NCBI RefSeq assembly: GCF_964204645.1
Contig: NC_134032.1
Span: forward strand, 7,552,275 to 7,616,274
Length of the DNA: 64,000 bases
Direction of reading: 5' to 3'
Origin: Tubulanus polymorphus
Taxonomy: Eukaryota > Animalia > Nemertea
Shown: positions 1-11,900 of the stretch, in pieces
How the letters are laid out: every line of letters starts with the position of its first letter
How positions within the stretch are numbered: the stretch's first letter is position 1
Made by a program: the position numbers and the translations under genes
Notes under the pieces: model-generated
What the model was told of the DNA's origin: nothing
What the model saw: only the letters and a program-made list of their open reading frames with translations
Database searches by the model: none

Positions 1-23
1 AAAAACCGCCGGTTTTCGATTTT

Positions 24-1922
24 GTGACTGCCACTGAATCGGCTTGCCGATCACTCAAACGGAGTGATGCGGACGAACTCAGAGCCAAGGTGTCGAATAT
101 TATTATCAAAAATAAGGTTGTGAAGGATCAGAACATTAGTAAAGATGAGTTTAAGGCAATTTCTGACCTTAAGAAAGATGAATCCATAGTCATTTTACCT
201 GCAGATAAGGGACGTGTCACGGTTGTTTTGGATAAATCAGACTATATTGACAAGTGTAACGACCTGTTGAAAGATGAAAACACTTATCAGAAACTTAAAA
301 GTGATCCTACGAAAAAGTTTAAGAAGGAATTCGTCTCAGTTCTTAAAGATTTGAAAGATAATGGTACGATCCCTCACGATCTCCATAAGAAAATATACCC
401 GACAACCGATCAACCACCCAGATTTTATGGTTTGCCGAAGATACATAAAGCCAATGTACCTATGAGGCCCATTGTGAGTTCCATTGGCACCATTTCGTAC
501 GAATGTGCTAAATATTTAGCGATGATTTTATCTCCCTTAGTAGGGAAGACGATACATCATGTTAAAAACTCTACTGAGTTCTGGAAGGAAGTTTGTGGTC
601 TAGTCATTAATGATGATGAAGAACTACGCTCATATGACGTTTCGGCCCTCTTTACTAGTGTCCCTATAGACAAAGCTCTAGTGATAATTCGCCAAAGATT
701 AGAGGCAGATGATACTCTTTTTGAACGTTCACACATCGGTATAGATGACATTATTAAACTACTGAGCCTCTGTTTAAAATGTACATACTTCATGTTCCAA
801 GGTCAGTACTACCTTCAAATCCACGGAGCAGCCATGGGCTCCCCAGTTTCACCAATCGTGTGTAATCTATATATGGAAGACTTTGAACAGAAAGCCATCG
901 CCACTGCCCTCCATCCGCCACGTATATGGAAGAGGTATGTAGATGATACTTGCACAGTACTTAAGAAGTGTTTTTCTCAGTATTTCACTGACCATTTAAA
1001 CAGCATTGATGATGATATTAAATGGACTACCGAGGGTGAGGTCGAGTTACAGGCTTCGTCACAAGCCGATCTAGAGATTTGCAGTGTAGAGAGGGCTCTA
1101 GCGTTTCTCGACACATATGCGGTCATCAATGAGGATGGGTCGATTCGTACTAAAGTATTCCGAAAAACCACACACACAGACCAATATCTAAATTTCAACA
1201 GCAACCACCCGTTAGAACACAAAAGGGGTGTAGTTAAAACCCTTCTACACAGGGCGGACACCATAGTTAGTGATGATAGTGAGAGACAGTCGGAGAAACA
1301 ACATATTAAGGAGGTTCTCTCATGGAATGATTACCCTAATTGGGTCTTCAACAAAGTCACCATGCTTCCGAAGCCCAAACCTGTAGTCAGAAATAAGCGA
1401 GACACCCAGGCTCCGCGTAAGAGATCGGTCGTAGTACCATATGTGAAGGGCATGTCTGAACAAATCAGACGGGTGATGAAAGACTACAACATTAGTGTGT
1501 ATTTTAAACCGGTGAACACGTTACGCCAGTTATTAGTTAGACCGAAGGACCCGGTACCTAAAGAACGCATTACAGGACCGGTGTACCATGTTAAATGTGA
1601 ATCTTGCGATGCGAGTTATGTTGGTGAAACTGAGCGCTCCTCGAGAGCCCGGTTTGGTGAACACCGTCGACCTAGCTCTATGACGTCAGAGGTATCCCAA
1701 CACATCCATACTGACAATCCTGATCACTCTGTTGATATAGGCAACACAGACATTTTGACGGTGGAACCCCGGTGGTTCGAACGAGGTGTTCAGGAGTCAT
1801 TTTGCATATACCTGAGACACCCCACGCTGAATAAAGACTTTGGGAGATTTGCTCTACCCCCTGTATGGAATAACATCTTTAAGGCAGCAGATGGCGCGCG
1901 GGAGCCTTCACAGACCAGCTGA
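24..1922 (+). mobile_element. Penelope-like retroelement ORF (reverse transcriptase + GIY-YIG endonuclease), 5' part probably outside window
   Basis: PLE RT motifs ILPADKG, FYGLPKIHK, PMRPIVS, YDVSALFTSVP, GAAMGSPVSP, RYVDD, RKTTHTDQYLNF; C-terminal GIY-YIG VYHVKCESCDASYVGET...RFGEH. Confidence 0.95.
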
Positions 1923-1971
1923 CGAGATCCGGCTGTGACGTCACATCAACAACATCTGATGACGTCACATT

Positions 1972-2011
1972 AAGCCTGACGATGCCTACAGAATGTAGGT
2001 GAAAGCTTGCT
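1972..2011 (+). ncRNA. Minimal type I hammerhead ribozyme in the Penelope 3' pLTR
   Basis: AGC-CTGACGA-T-GCCTACA-GAA-TGTAGGT-GAAA-GCTT-GCT: core boxes CUGANGA and GAAA, 7-bp stem II, palindromic AAGCTT in place of stem III, short stem I. Such ribozymes are known in PLE termini. Confidence 0.75.
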
Positions 2012-2254
2012 CTTGTGAGTATCAAAGTTTATCCAGTGTATTAGCATTGATGGTTCAATTGCCCTAGATTCGCCCATTCGTCATAACAGGAATCAAATTA
2101 ATGCTCCGATTCGTCCTTCATTTGTCCTTTCTGTGTATGGAAATATGTATCTTAAAACGGTATCTATCGTTTACTAGAAAGAAAAAATATCAAAACACAG
2201 GAAATCCATGAAAAGTAAATTTATTTTCGAAACAAACAATTCAGCTCTCAATAT

Positions 2255-3466
2255 CTAGTGGGAAAGATTTTGGTAAAACGCTTTTGTATCCGAATTACTG
2301 ATTACCGGCATTTCTCCCTGACATAAACGCATCAGATCATTGAACTTGTCGGCGCTCAACTTCGGTTTTTCATCGTACGCCGGCACTGGATATAGGATCA
2401 TCTCTACGAAGTTTCGTCTTGACTTTAGATCTAAGGGTGCGAATACGTCATCTTGATGCGACATCTTGAATCCGATTATGCTGGGTGAATCTTTGTTAAC
2501 TTGCAACTCGCGAACTTTTTTCCAATCAATTTCCAACGAGATTCTGCACACTGGTAGCAGATGGCCCTCACTATCTGGAAGAAAGTATTTGATGGTTCTG
2601 GACTTCCGACTGTTTATTTGTTGTCTCATGGATTCATTTGATGTAATGTGAGACTTAATCCAATGGCGCTGTTCTCTCAAATCACCTTTATGCCAATATG
2701 AGAGGAAGATTTGCTCTCTGCGTTCGTTAGTGATACTGTCGCAAACATAGGATTTTTGCAGACATCTTCCTATATTCTTGCATCTATCGCCAATTGCACG
2801 TTTTGATTTAGTGATGTCACTTTTTTCTGTTGAGTATTCAATTCCTCGATTTCTATTTTCTTTCACTAATTTTCTTCTTGCCTTTGATCGTTTTTCTGTT
2901 GGATTTTCTGGAGGAAGGAGGGGTGATATTGGCTCTTGTTCTTCAACTTCTACTATATAGATTTCTGGGGATATTTCGACGTTCATCAACGAATCTTCTG
3001 TCACCGAAGGTTGAGGGTTACAAACTGGGCAATTCTCCTGAGTAAAATGGTTATAACACAGCATGCTTCTGCATGAGTTACATGCAGCAAAAACTTCTTC
3101 TTCGCAACTTTTCAATTCGCACAAACAGACGTTTGTTATATCCCTGAATACAGGACGCTCAGTTTCCTCTGCTCTCTCAGGAGATGGTGGAATATTTTCG
3201 ATATAATTAAACATGTTTACATTTTCATGAGATTCTCCACAATTAGCTTTTAACAGATCTGTCATGGGAACATCGTTATCTTCATCTTCTGAAACTATAT
3301 CAGTATCGACTATTTTTCCGTACCACCACCTTTTGCTCCACCGATAACGAATTCTTGCGCCTATCTTGTATTTGCTGTAACCTTTAACGAGCTCACACTC
3401 GCTTACAGAAACTAGATTTTTGGTGCCATCAGCGTCCCATTTCACAATTAACTCAGACGGTTCCAT
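2255..3466 (-). pseudogene. Internally deleted DNA-transposon protein, Sola1-like
   Basis: RNRGIEY...C...ITNERREQIFLSYW..GDLREQ...IKYFL...PVC joined directly to the typical tail PAY..KPKLSADKFNDL..LC...FYQNL; catalytic DDD core missing. Subterminal CATTCGCCC motifs at about 3767, 3841 and 4019. Confidence 0.55.
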
Positions 3467-4049
3467 CTATATGAAAATAAGAATATGTATTCAGGTAAAG
3501 TGATACGAATTTCAATATGATAATAAACATTGTATTTAGAAATATCAAAATATACGATTAGGCTCCGTAAAGCAAAACTTACCGTTGTTAGTGTAGATTT
3601 TGTAAAATTCGTTTCACCACAGATGACAAGCAAAACTCAATGACGATGAATGAAATATCCAACAATAGGAAACGTTTTTGAAATTTGTCAGGTTGCTAAA
3701 CGACTCAGTCAAACAGAATCAATAATGAAATGTAGGCCATATCGTTTTTGTTTTTAAATTTCACTCATTCGCCCCACTTGTAGTAGCATTGCAAAATCGT
3801 TACTATAGCAATGCATATTTAACAAAAGGGCGAATGGAACCATTCGCCCTTTTGTGAGAAAGGTAATTGGGCTTAATATTTCATATGACCTTAGTGGATT
3901 TTTAAAAATCGTATTTCCAGTAAGAATAGACATAGAATAGACAAAAATACTTCATAAGGCCATAGAAACCATCCCCATACTGTTCCTGGTGGGCTCAGTT
4001 TAAAACTGTAAAAATTCCCATTCGCCCCTTCGTCCTACTATTGACGATA

Positions 4050-4560
4050 TATCAAATCAAGGTTTTTCAATGTCAGGTGTTGAAGCCGATAAGCGTGGAA
4101 GCGTTTTATCAATTGATTTCGAAGAGGCGGCCTAAAAATCGTTCTAAATTCCGAAATATCGGTAACTAAAGTTTTGAAGTGGGCCGCGGATCACCAGGCA
4201 CCAGTCTTACGGAAAACCGAAAACACTGAATCAGCTGTTCATTATCACCAAACATTTACATCAAACTTAACAGATACAAATCATACTCGCTTATGATGAA
4301 CTTGCTCCATTTTTTACGAGTACAGCCAATTCCTCCCCGAAGCTGAATATTAGACTACACCCTTTGTACGAATTATATATAGGTAAGTGAGCGTTTGACT
4401 GGTACACGCATGATCCGGCGACCCACTTCAAACTTTACTTACTAATATGTCGGAATTCAAACAACTTTTCTAGCCGGCTCTTCTACATCAATTGATAAAA
4501 ATAGGTCCACGTTTATCGGCGTCAATATCTGATATCAAACCACCCCGGTTTAATATATAT
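4050..4560. mobile_element. Fold-back MITE-like element with long imperfect inverted arms
   Basis: About 4075-4205 (gccgataagcgtgga...tatcaattgat...ttgaagtgggccgcggatca..accagtc) is the approximate reverse complement of about 4397-4535. Confidence 0.5.
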
Positions 4561-5234
4561 GATAGGGCCCCATGTGGGGCCCCAATCCGCTAACCCATGT
4601 TTCATAGAAACCCTTAATGTGACACTAGAGTTTAATGTGACACTCAAAGTTTGTTTTCTCGGCATTCTGGCATCAATCTTGTCAGGGCCCTGGCCCCTGC
4701 AATCACATTAATCCTTGCTAGGATTGGGTTTGTAGGTGGGGCCAGAGTCACCAAGGTCCAGATCAAGGCCTAGTTAGGTCATTCCAGCGATCAGCAATTT
4801 AAGGAGAATTTTGACAGCTTATCACTAACCTTTTGCTGCTATGCATTCACCAAGACCAAGGTCCACCAGAATTTTTTCCAGCTAAAAGAGAATACCAATA
4901 GTTAAGCGCTAGTCCATAGGCTTCAATTTTCAGTTGATTAGTTCATAGATTACTAAAATCATAATTACGAAAGGCACAGTTAGGTAGATAATTTAGATAT
5001 TCCGTTTTGACGCTACACATAATTTCAGTGGGCATCATGAGGCTAAAACTTAGGCCTAGGCCTATAAGGCGATGTTCATATCATATCATACATACTCGGG
5101 CATGGGTGAATTAATTTGTTGAATTAATTTGTTTATTTCGCGAGCGGAACTCAACGGCAGTCCAAACAGCTGCAATGTGGCTGCGACCCCACGCAACGGA
5201 CCCGCAGAATACATTAAGTTCATGAGCTATTGTT

Positions 5235-5733
5235 TGTATTGGGGTGATAAATTAGTAGTTTGCATAGAGGGAGGGAAGCCAGAGTTCAGGGCAGTGGCTG
5301 AAGTTAGTAAACAACCTACGTAGTTGCTTACGTCGCACACAAGACACTGAATAGAAGATAGGTGAAAGTGACGTGAGTATCTGCGTAGGGTTGCTGGTTA
5401 TAGCGGCAGCCTTGAGCTCTGGTATGGCTAGGAAGTAAACAAGTAATAAACTCGTGACGTATAACATATGTAGAAGTATACCTCACGAGTAACATGAAAT
5501 AAGATAAAAAGGGAGGGTCAGCACAGTAAGGGGGAGAGAGATGCTAGAGTGGCGGAGAAGCCTAAAAATACGAGCTGTAGGAAGGAATAAGAATTGTGCG
5601 GGAAAATAAAGAAAGAACGTAGACCCACGAGAAGAGTTGTTATTATTCCGGAGTCAGAGGGATATCACTTATCGGATTAATCGGAACCAACAACGACAAC
5701 ACGAGGGGAGAACGCAACGTGGCCCCCACAACA
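5235..5733 (+). mobile_element. Solo LTR of an LTR retrotransposon
   Basis: TGTATTGGGG...CCCCACAACA termini; flanks ATTGTT/ATTGGT are a possible degenerate TSD; clear similarity to 60009-60607 (cttacgtc..acac, gttatagc.gcagccttgagctctgg). Confidence 0.6.
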
Positions 5734-6213
5734 ATTGGTTGAGAAACTCAACCCCACAACATTTGCATCGATAGGCCTAATATAATGTGACTCACCTTGT
5801 CGTCCATCTTTGTACGTACGAAGGCTATGTACAAATAGGTACTGCAAATTAGCGCTTGCTTGGCCTGTCTTTGTCTCCCACGTAGTATAGTATCTAGTAT
5901 GGCTACCTATAGTTACCTACTATATATAAAAATCGATTTGATGAATGACTTGTTTTGTTTCTTTTTTCATTCATCCGCTACGCTACGGCGTGGCATGAAT
6001 ACGGGGCAAACTGGCGCAAAAACGAATTTTATGGCGCAAAAACGAAAAATCATAGAGCAAAAACGAATATTTTCGTTTTTGCGCTATAATATTTCGTTTT
6101 TGCGGGATAGCAAAAACGAAAAGTTCGTATTTGCGCGGTAGGTTTCGTTTTGCGTTTTTCTATAATCGAGGTCGTGTGAAAATTATTGTATTTGGCCCTT
6201 ATCAGCCGCCATA

Positions 6214-7199
6214 ACATTTGGATTTCAATGGGAATAGATTTGTTTTCCATATATCTATGGAAATTTAACTCTTTAAAAACAGCATCATGGTGCGTGTCCG
6301 AGTTTGATTGATGAGCGTTTAATGTGCGGACAGCAGTTTGCCAGTCCCTCAATGAAGAGTCTGGATAGTTGAATGCCACCCTTCTCAGTAGATAGTTTTC
6401 CAAAAATACACAAGGACGACAGAATGCACCATCAAGTGATTTTGAATAGCTTAGCCATTTATAGTCATCAAGCCATTTATGCCTGAAAGCACGTGATCCT
6501 TAAGCATCAACCGCAGGTGTTCGAGGGAAGCTATAGTCTAAAGGAGGTTTCCACAGATTGTCAACAGCACTTTTCAATTCTATGTTGGTTAATTCGTACT
6601 TTTTCAGCTTGGTGTACATACAGACATCCTTAGACAGGAATCTCGTTTCACCTGAACTAAAATAAAGTACATTGTGCAATAACTTATATGGAGAATCATA
6701 TGACAAAATACATATATGTAGTGCAATGAAAATCGTTATCGTTGAGTGATTGTTATTCAGGTTCATATCCATGAATGATAAAGACATCTTGCTGGATGTT
6801 TCATTTTTCCACTCATAATTAATTTTGTATTAGAAATCTGGAATGGAATTATTTGAAAAAAGCAGATTTTGCGTTCATGTGACTAACCTGAATATTACTG
6901 AAAAAAATCAAAAGTGCATACCTTGACAAGTAATTGGCATTTTCATCAATTAAAACTGAAGACAGAGGATCTTGATCCGAATCACTTGTAGAATCGTTGT
7001 CACTTAGATCTTCTGCAGCGGATGAAGAATCTGGACCCTGTTCCTCCCTTTCATCATTTTGTCGTGTATCACCATCAACACCAGCATATGTAGAGATGTT
7101 GCATGAAGGTAGGTTTTCTGTAACGGATAGAGATTCAGGGTTTTCCTGCTCAGGAAGTGTACTTTGACCATCTGTTAAACTGGAAAAAATGGTTTGCAT
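6214..7199 (-). pseudogene. hAT transposase N-terminal remnant (TTF-type zinc finger, P52rIPK/ZMYM-like)
   Basis: Broken frames give WKPPLDYSFP...RAFRHKWLDDYKWLSYSKSLDGAFCRPCVFL...WQTA...H....H. Confidence 0.7.
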
Positions 7200-8884
7200 T
7201 AATAAATACAGCTTTCTTCGCTTGTGCCTTATTGTTCAATTTGCCAGACTATTGTGTACCTTTTGTGAATTTATGCTCCATTAGCTTATGTGCCTTTTGG
7301 GGGAGGGAGCTCAAGCCCTTTTTAACGTTATTCTACAATATTAGCCTGTCTTTTGGACCATACTTTGCTTTACCTGCCTGTCGACGAGAGCGACATAAAG
7401 AAAATTACGACAGTTCTTTAACGCACAAGTTTTATTTCACAGACGAAGATGTGTGGTTCAGTACAAATAAACAAATAATACCGTATTCAAATTAACAAAA
7501 TTAACAAAAATATAGTAGAATTATCTGTAATGTGCATAGTAGGCCTAAATATTCCCTAATTTCTAATTCCAACAGATTTTTTACTTACAAGAACCATGTC
7601 GAGTGTACGTCTAGTGCTGGCAAAAAGCCCCGAATTCTACAACATGACTTAAAATAAAGTTCTACAATACAGTAAACTATACAGGCGTGAATGTGATATG
7701 TATAGCATGAATGTAAATTCACGAAAAGCACGAAATCTAAACAGAATATAGAAATGCAGTATAAATTCAAACAGATCAAACCCTAGAAACACAGTGTGAA
7801 TATCTAATCAAAGCAAACAAGATAATAAAAAAAGAAAAAAAAGTTTAATATGTAACACGGCGCCCCCTTGACGTCTGATACTTGATGACGTCAAAACGTT
7901 ATTTCCTTTCTCAAACACCCTGAATAGAACACGCAATACGATTCATATTAATTTCAAAATGCAAAATGCAGTAACCAATAGAAATGATTCAATTAATCCA
8001 CACTTTCTTCAAGAACAGCAACCTTTGTTACCGGTCTCACAAACTCGGAAGCATTTTTGGTTCTTACTCTAACGACACGAACACGACCATCTGGACCCGG
8101 GCAAACTTCAACCACTCATTTTAAAAATTGGTTCAATCGAACAGAATAATATTGGTTCGAACGAAATAAAGTTTGTTGCGACGAAAGAATTTTCAAGCGA
8201 AAGCGAAGTAAACATTAAAAAAAAAAGGAAACCAATTTATAATCTATCATATCATTTAATTCTAACAGATAAACCACATTCGCTTATAACAACAATGTAG
8301 ACACACAACACGCATGAACAATTCTAAGCCAGAATGAAATATACATAATGTCTATTTATTTTCGTCTGACATCGATCCAGTTCCACAGTTTTACGAGTTA
8401 ACTCTGAGTTACTAAGAATCAATTCATTTCCAATGTTTTAAATCTAGAGACCAGAGTCAAATCTTAACTCGGAACTGAGTCCTGGAGAATGACCCATGGT
8501 GTCATCACAAATCCTACGTTTACGTACCATCGATTTGTATTCCTTCAGTTAATGCAGCGATACTCTGTATCACTGAATTCGCAAAGCACGTATTGCCATT
8601 CTATGGTATTGCCTAGGTTCTCCATTATTTGGAACAGTATCGTTAAGTTGTTGACTGGCGATATAATAAATTATCAAATACTAATTCCTGTCGTTGAAAA
8701 CCTGGGTCCGGTGCCCTGTCTGACAGTGGGTATACCCGTGGGAAAACCCGTTTACTATTTAAAGTAAAAATGAGGAAATTCCGCGTTTTTGGAAAATTCC
8801 GCGATTCCGTCTTTCCGCGATATGACAACACCGGTAAATTTCCAGTGTATCGGTAATATGATTTGATGAGGAAAATGGGCTATT

Positions 8885-8972
8885 AGTAATTGGAAGATGT
8901 GGGTTTCAGATCAGAGGTCGAGCGGTCGAGACACCACTCATCACCACAAGTAATTTTTTCCCCTAATAAATG
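8885..8972 (+). repeat. Left TIR of element A (88 bp)
   Basis: Reverse complement of 25831-25918; ends in TAAATG, the PolB start. Confidence 0.95.
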
Positions 8973-11900
8973 TGGGAAAATGAACAACAGCCAGAAAACA
9001 ATAATGTTAATAAAAATCAATATTATTGCCAATATTGTAAAAATTACATCGATAAATCCCAAAAATCACGACATGAAAAAACTGCAAATCATATAAAAAA
9101 TGTAATAGATTTTGAAACTCCAGAAAATTCCAATGAAAGAAAGAAAGATTAGAAAATATGAATGTTGATGAAATAAAATGTGAAGTTTGTAATGAATTTA
9201 TAGTAAAAAGGAATTATAAAAGACATCTCGAATCACAAAAACACCGCCAAAATTTGGTTAATAATGTTTTAGGAAAACATTATTTTGATGATAAACCTCA
9301 AAAAGTAAAAAAAAAAACAACTTCAAAAACTAAATCCATTTCAAATAAACCTTACATGGAAAATGTTAGAAATTATATTGATTCACTAGAAATAAAAGAT
9401 ACAATTGAAATTTTAGAAACATTACATAGTAAAATTGGTCCTGCAGCTATTATATTTAGATTTTTTAAAGGTACAACAATAGAAGATTATAGTACATTTA
9501 ATGAAATAATAGAAAAAATACTAGATTTGATAACAGATGTTGAATATCCAAAAATTAGTATCTCTGGGAAAGTAAGTTTTATAAAGTCAGAAGAAAAAAT
9601 GAATTATACTATTCAAACACACTCTGAAGAAATAATTTCAAAAACACAAATAAAAGAGCAGTTAGAAAAAATATTTAATGAATTTAAACGTCATATTGAA
9701 GAAAGATATTTAAGGGTTCTGGCTTAACATTGAATGAAATTATATATTTAGATTTAAAGGGTTACAATACAAAAAGGAATAAAACATCAAAAAGTAATAA
9801 AATGTTTAAAAATGATTCAAACTTTACAACAGAAAAGGATATTAAATTACCATTTACAACAAAAGTAGTAATAAATATTTAAAATGAAGATAATAAATGT
9901 TTTCTATGGTCAATTATTAGTTGCTTACATCCAACACAGGAAAATGTTTGTAGAATAACAGATTATCGGAAATATGAAACATTATATAAAATTGATCAAT
10001 ATCCAGTAACTATAAAAATGATTTCTGAAATAGAAAAAGTTAATAATTTAAAAATAAATGTATTCGAATTAATGCAATTACCAAAGACAAAAGGCGAAAA
10101 TATTAAAGATTATACATTGGAAGCTTTATATTTAACAGAATATTATGATGATGAAAATGCTATAGATTTGTTATATTACAAAAAAGATGAAAATGAACAT
10201 TATATGTGGTTAAAACAAATTGATTTATTCTTTAGAACAGAAAGTGATCATCATCGTAAAATTTATCTATGTAGAAAATGTTTATCTAAATTTATGACTG
10301 AGAATACATTATTAAAACATAAAGAATTATGTGATAATAAAGATTTTTGTAAATTAATAATGCCAACAGAAAAAGATTATAAATTGAAATTTACTAATCA
10401 CAAATTTAAGAATATTGTTCCATTTGTAATTTATGGGGATTTTGAATCGTTGAATAAAGAATTAACTGATCAAGATAGAAAAGAAATATATAATTAAAAG
10501 CAATTATTAAAATCAATGGATAAAGGAAATGAATCAAATGAAGACACAATACAAGACCCACCAATTATAAATACAATTTAAAAAGTTCATCAAAGAGCTG
10601 CTGCTTATGGAATTTATATAAAATCAAATTATCCTGAATTATATGAAAGTCAATATATTTCTTTTAGAGGTGAAAATGTAGTTAATGATTTTTGTGACAA
10701 AATGATTGAATTAGAAAGTGATTTTGCAAAATTATTAAACAAAAATAAAAGAATAGTTATGACAGAAGAAGATGAAATTGATTTTAATTATGCAACTCAT
10801 TGTTGTTATTGTGAAAAACGTTTTTATTCATTTGATAAAAAAGTTAGAGATCATGATCATTTAAATTCAAAATATCGTGGAGCTGCTCATGAAGATTGCA
10901 ATTTACAAGCTAAGAAAGTTAATTTCGTACCAATATTATTTCATAATTTATCCGGTTATGATACCCATCTATTTATAAAACAATTATCAAAGAAATTGGG
11001 TACAATTAATCAAGAGATAGAAGAATATAATGCTATGAATGGTGTAAATGTAAGAAAATATGATTTTAAACTATTAGCTAAAACATCTGAAAATTATATT
11101 TCATTTCAATTTGGTTGCATTAGATTTCTAGATTCTTATAGATTTCTAGCAAGTTCATTAGATAATTTATCAAAAAGTTTAGTTGATAACGATTTTGTTA
11201 TAACTCGATATTATTATCCAAATGAACAAGATTTTAAATTATTGAGATATAAAGGTGCAATTCCTTATTCATTTTATAAAACACAGAATGATTTTAATGT
11301 AACAGAATTATTAAAAGATCAATTTTATGATCAATTAAAAGAGGAGTATGTGAAAGACGAAGTGTTTAATAGAACATTAAATATTTGGAACCATTTTAAG
11401 ATGAAAAATCATGGCGAATTAGTTGATTTATATTTAAAATCAGATGTTATGATATTGGCTGACATATTTGAAAAATTTAGAGAAGTTAATTTGAATCATT
11501 TTAATGTTGATCCTTGTTATTGCTACTCTAGTCCTGGTTTAACCTGGCAATGTGGTTTAAAATATACAAATGTAGAATTAGATTTATTAAAAGAACCAGA
11601 TATGGTTTTATTATTTGAAAAATCAATTAGGGGTGGAATTAGTGGTGTTATGGGAGATAGGTATTTTAAAGCAAATGATGAATATAAATTATTATATATT
11701 GATGCCAATAATTTATATGGTTGGGCAATGATGCAACCTCAACCATATAAAAATTTTATATTAACAGAAGTTGAAAATGATGATAAAACTGATTAGGAAA
11801 GCGCAATTGTGAGTTTAAAAGATGAAGCACCAATTGGTTATTTCTTTGTAGTTGATTTAGAATATCCTGAAAATATTTAGTTTAAAACAAGAAACTTACC

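Noticed and set aside
5860-6213. ORFs across the GCAAAAACGAA-rich tract
   Set aside because: Short inverted and tandem repeats of a small non-autonomous element; translation is spurious and boundaries are too uncertain to annotate.
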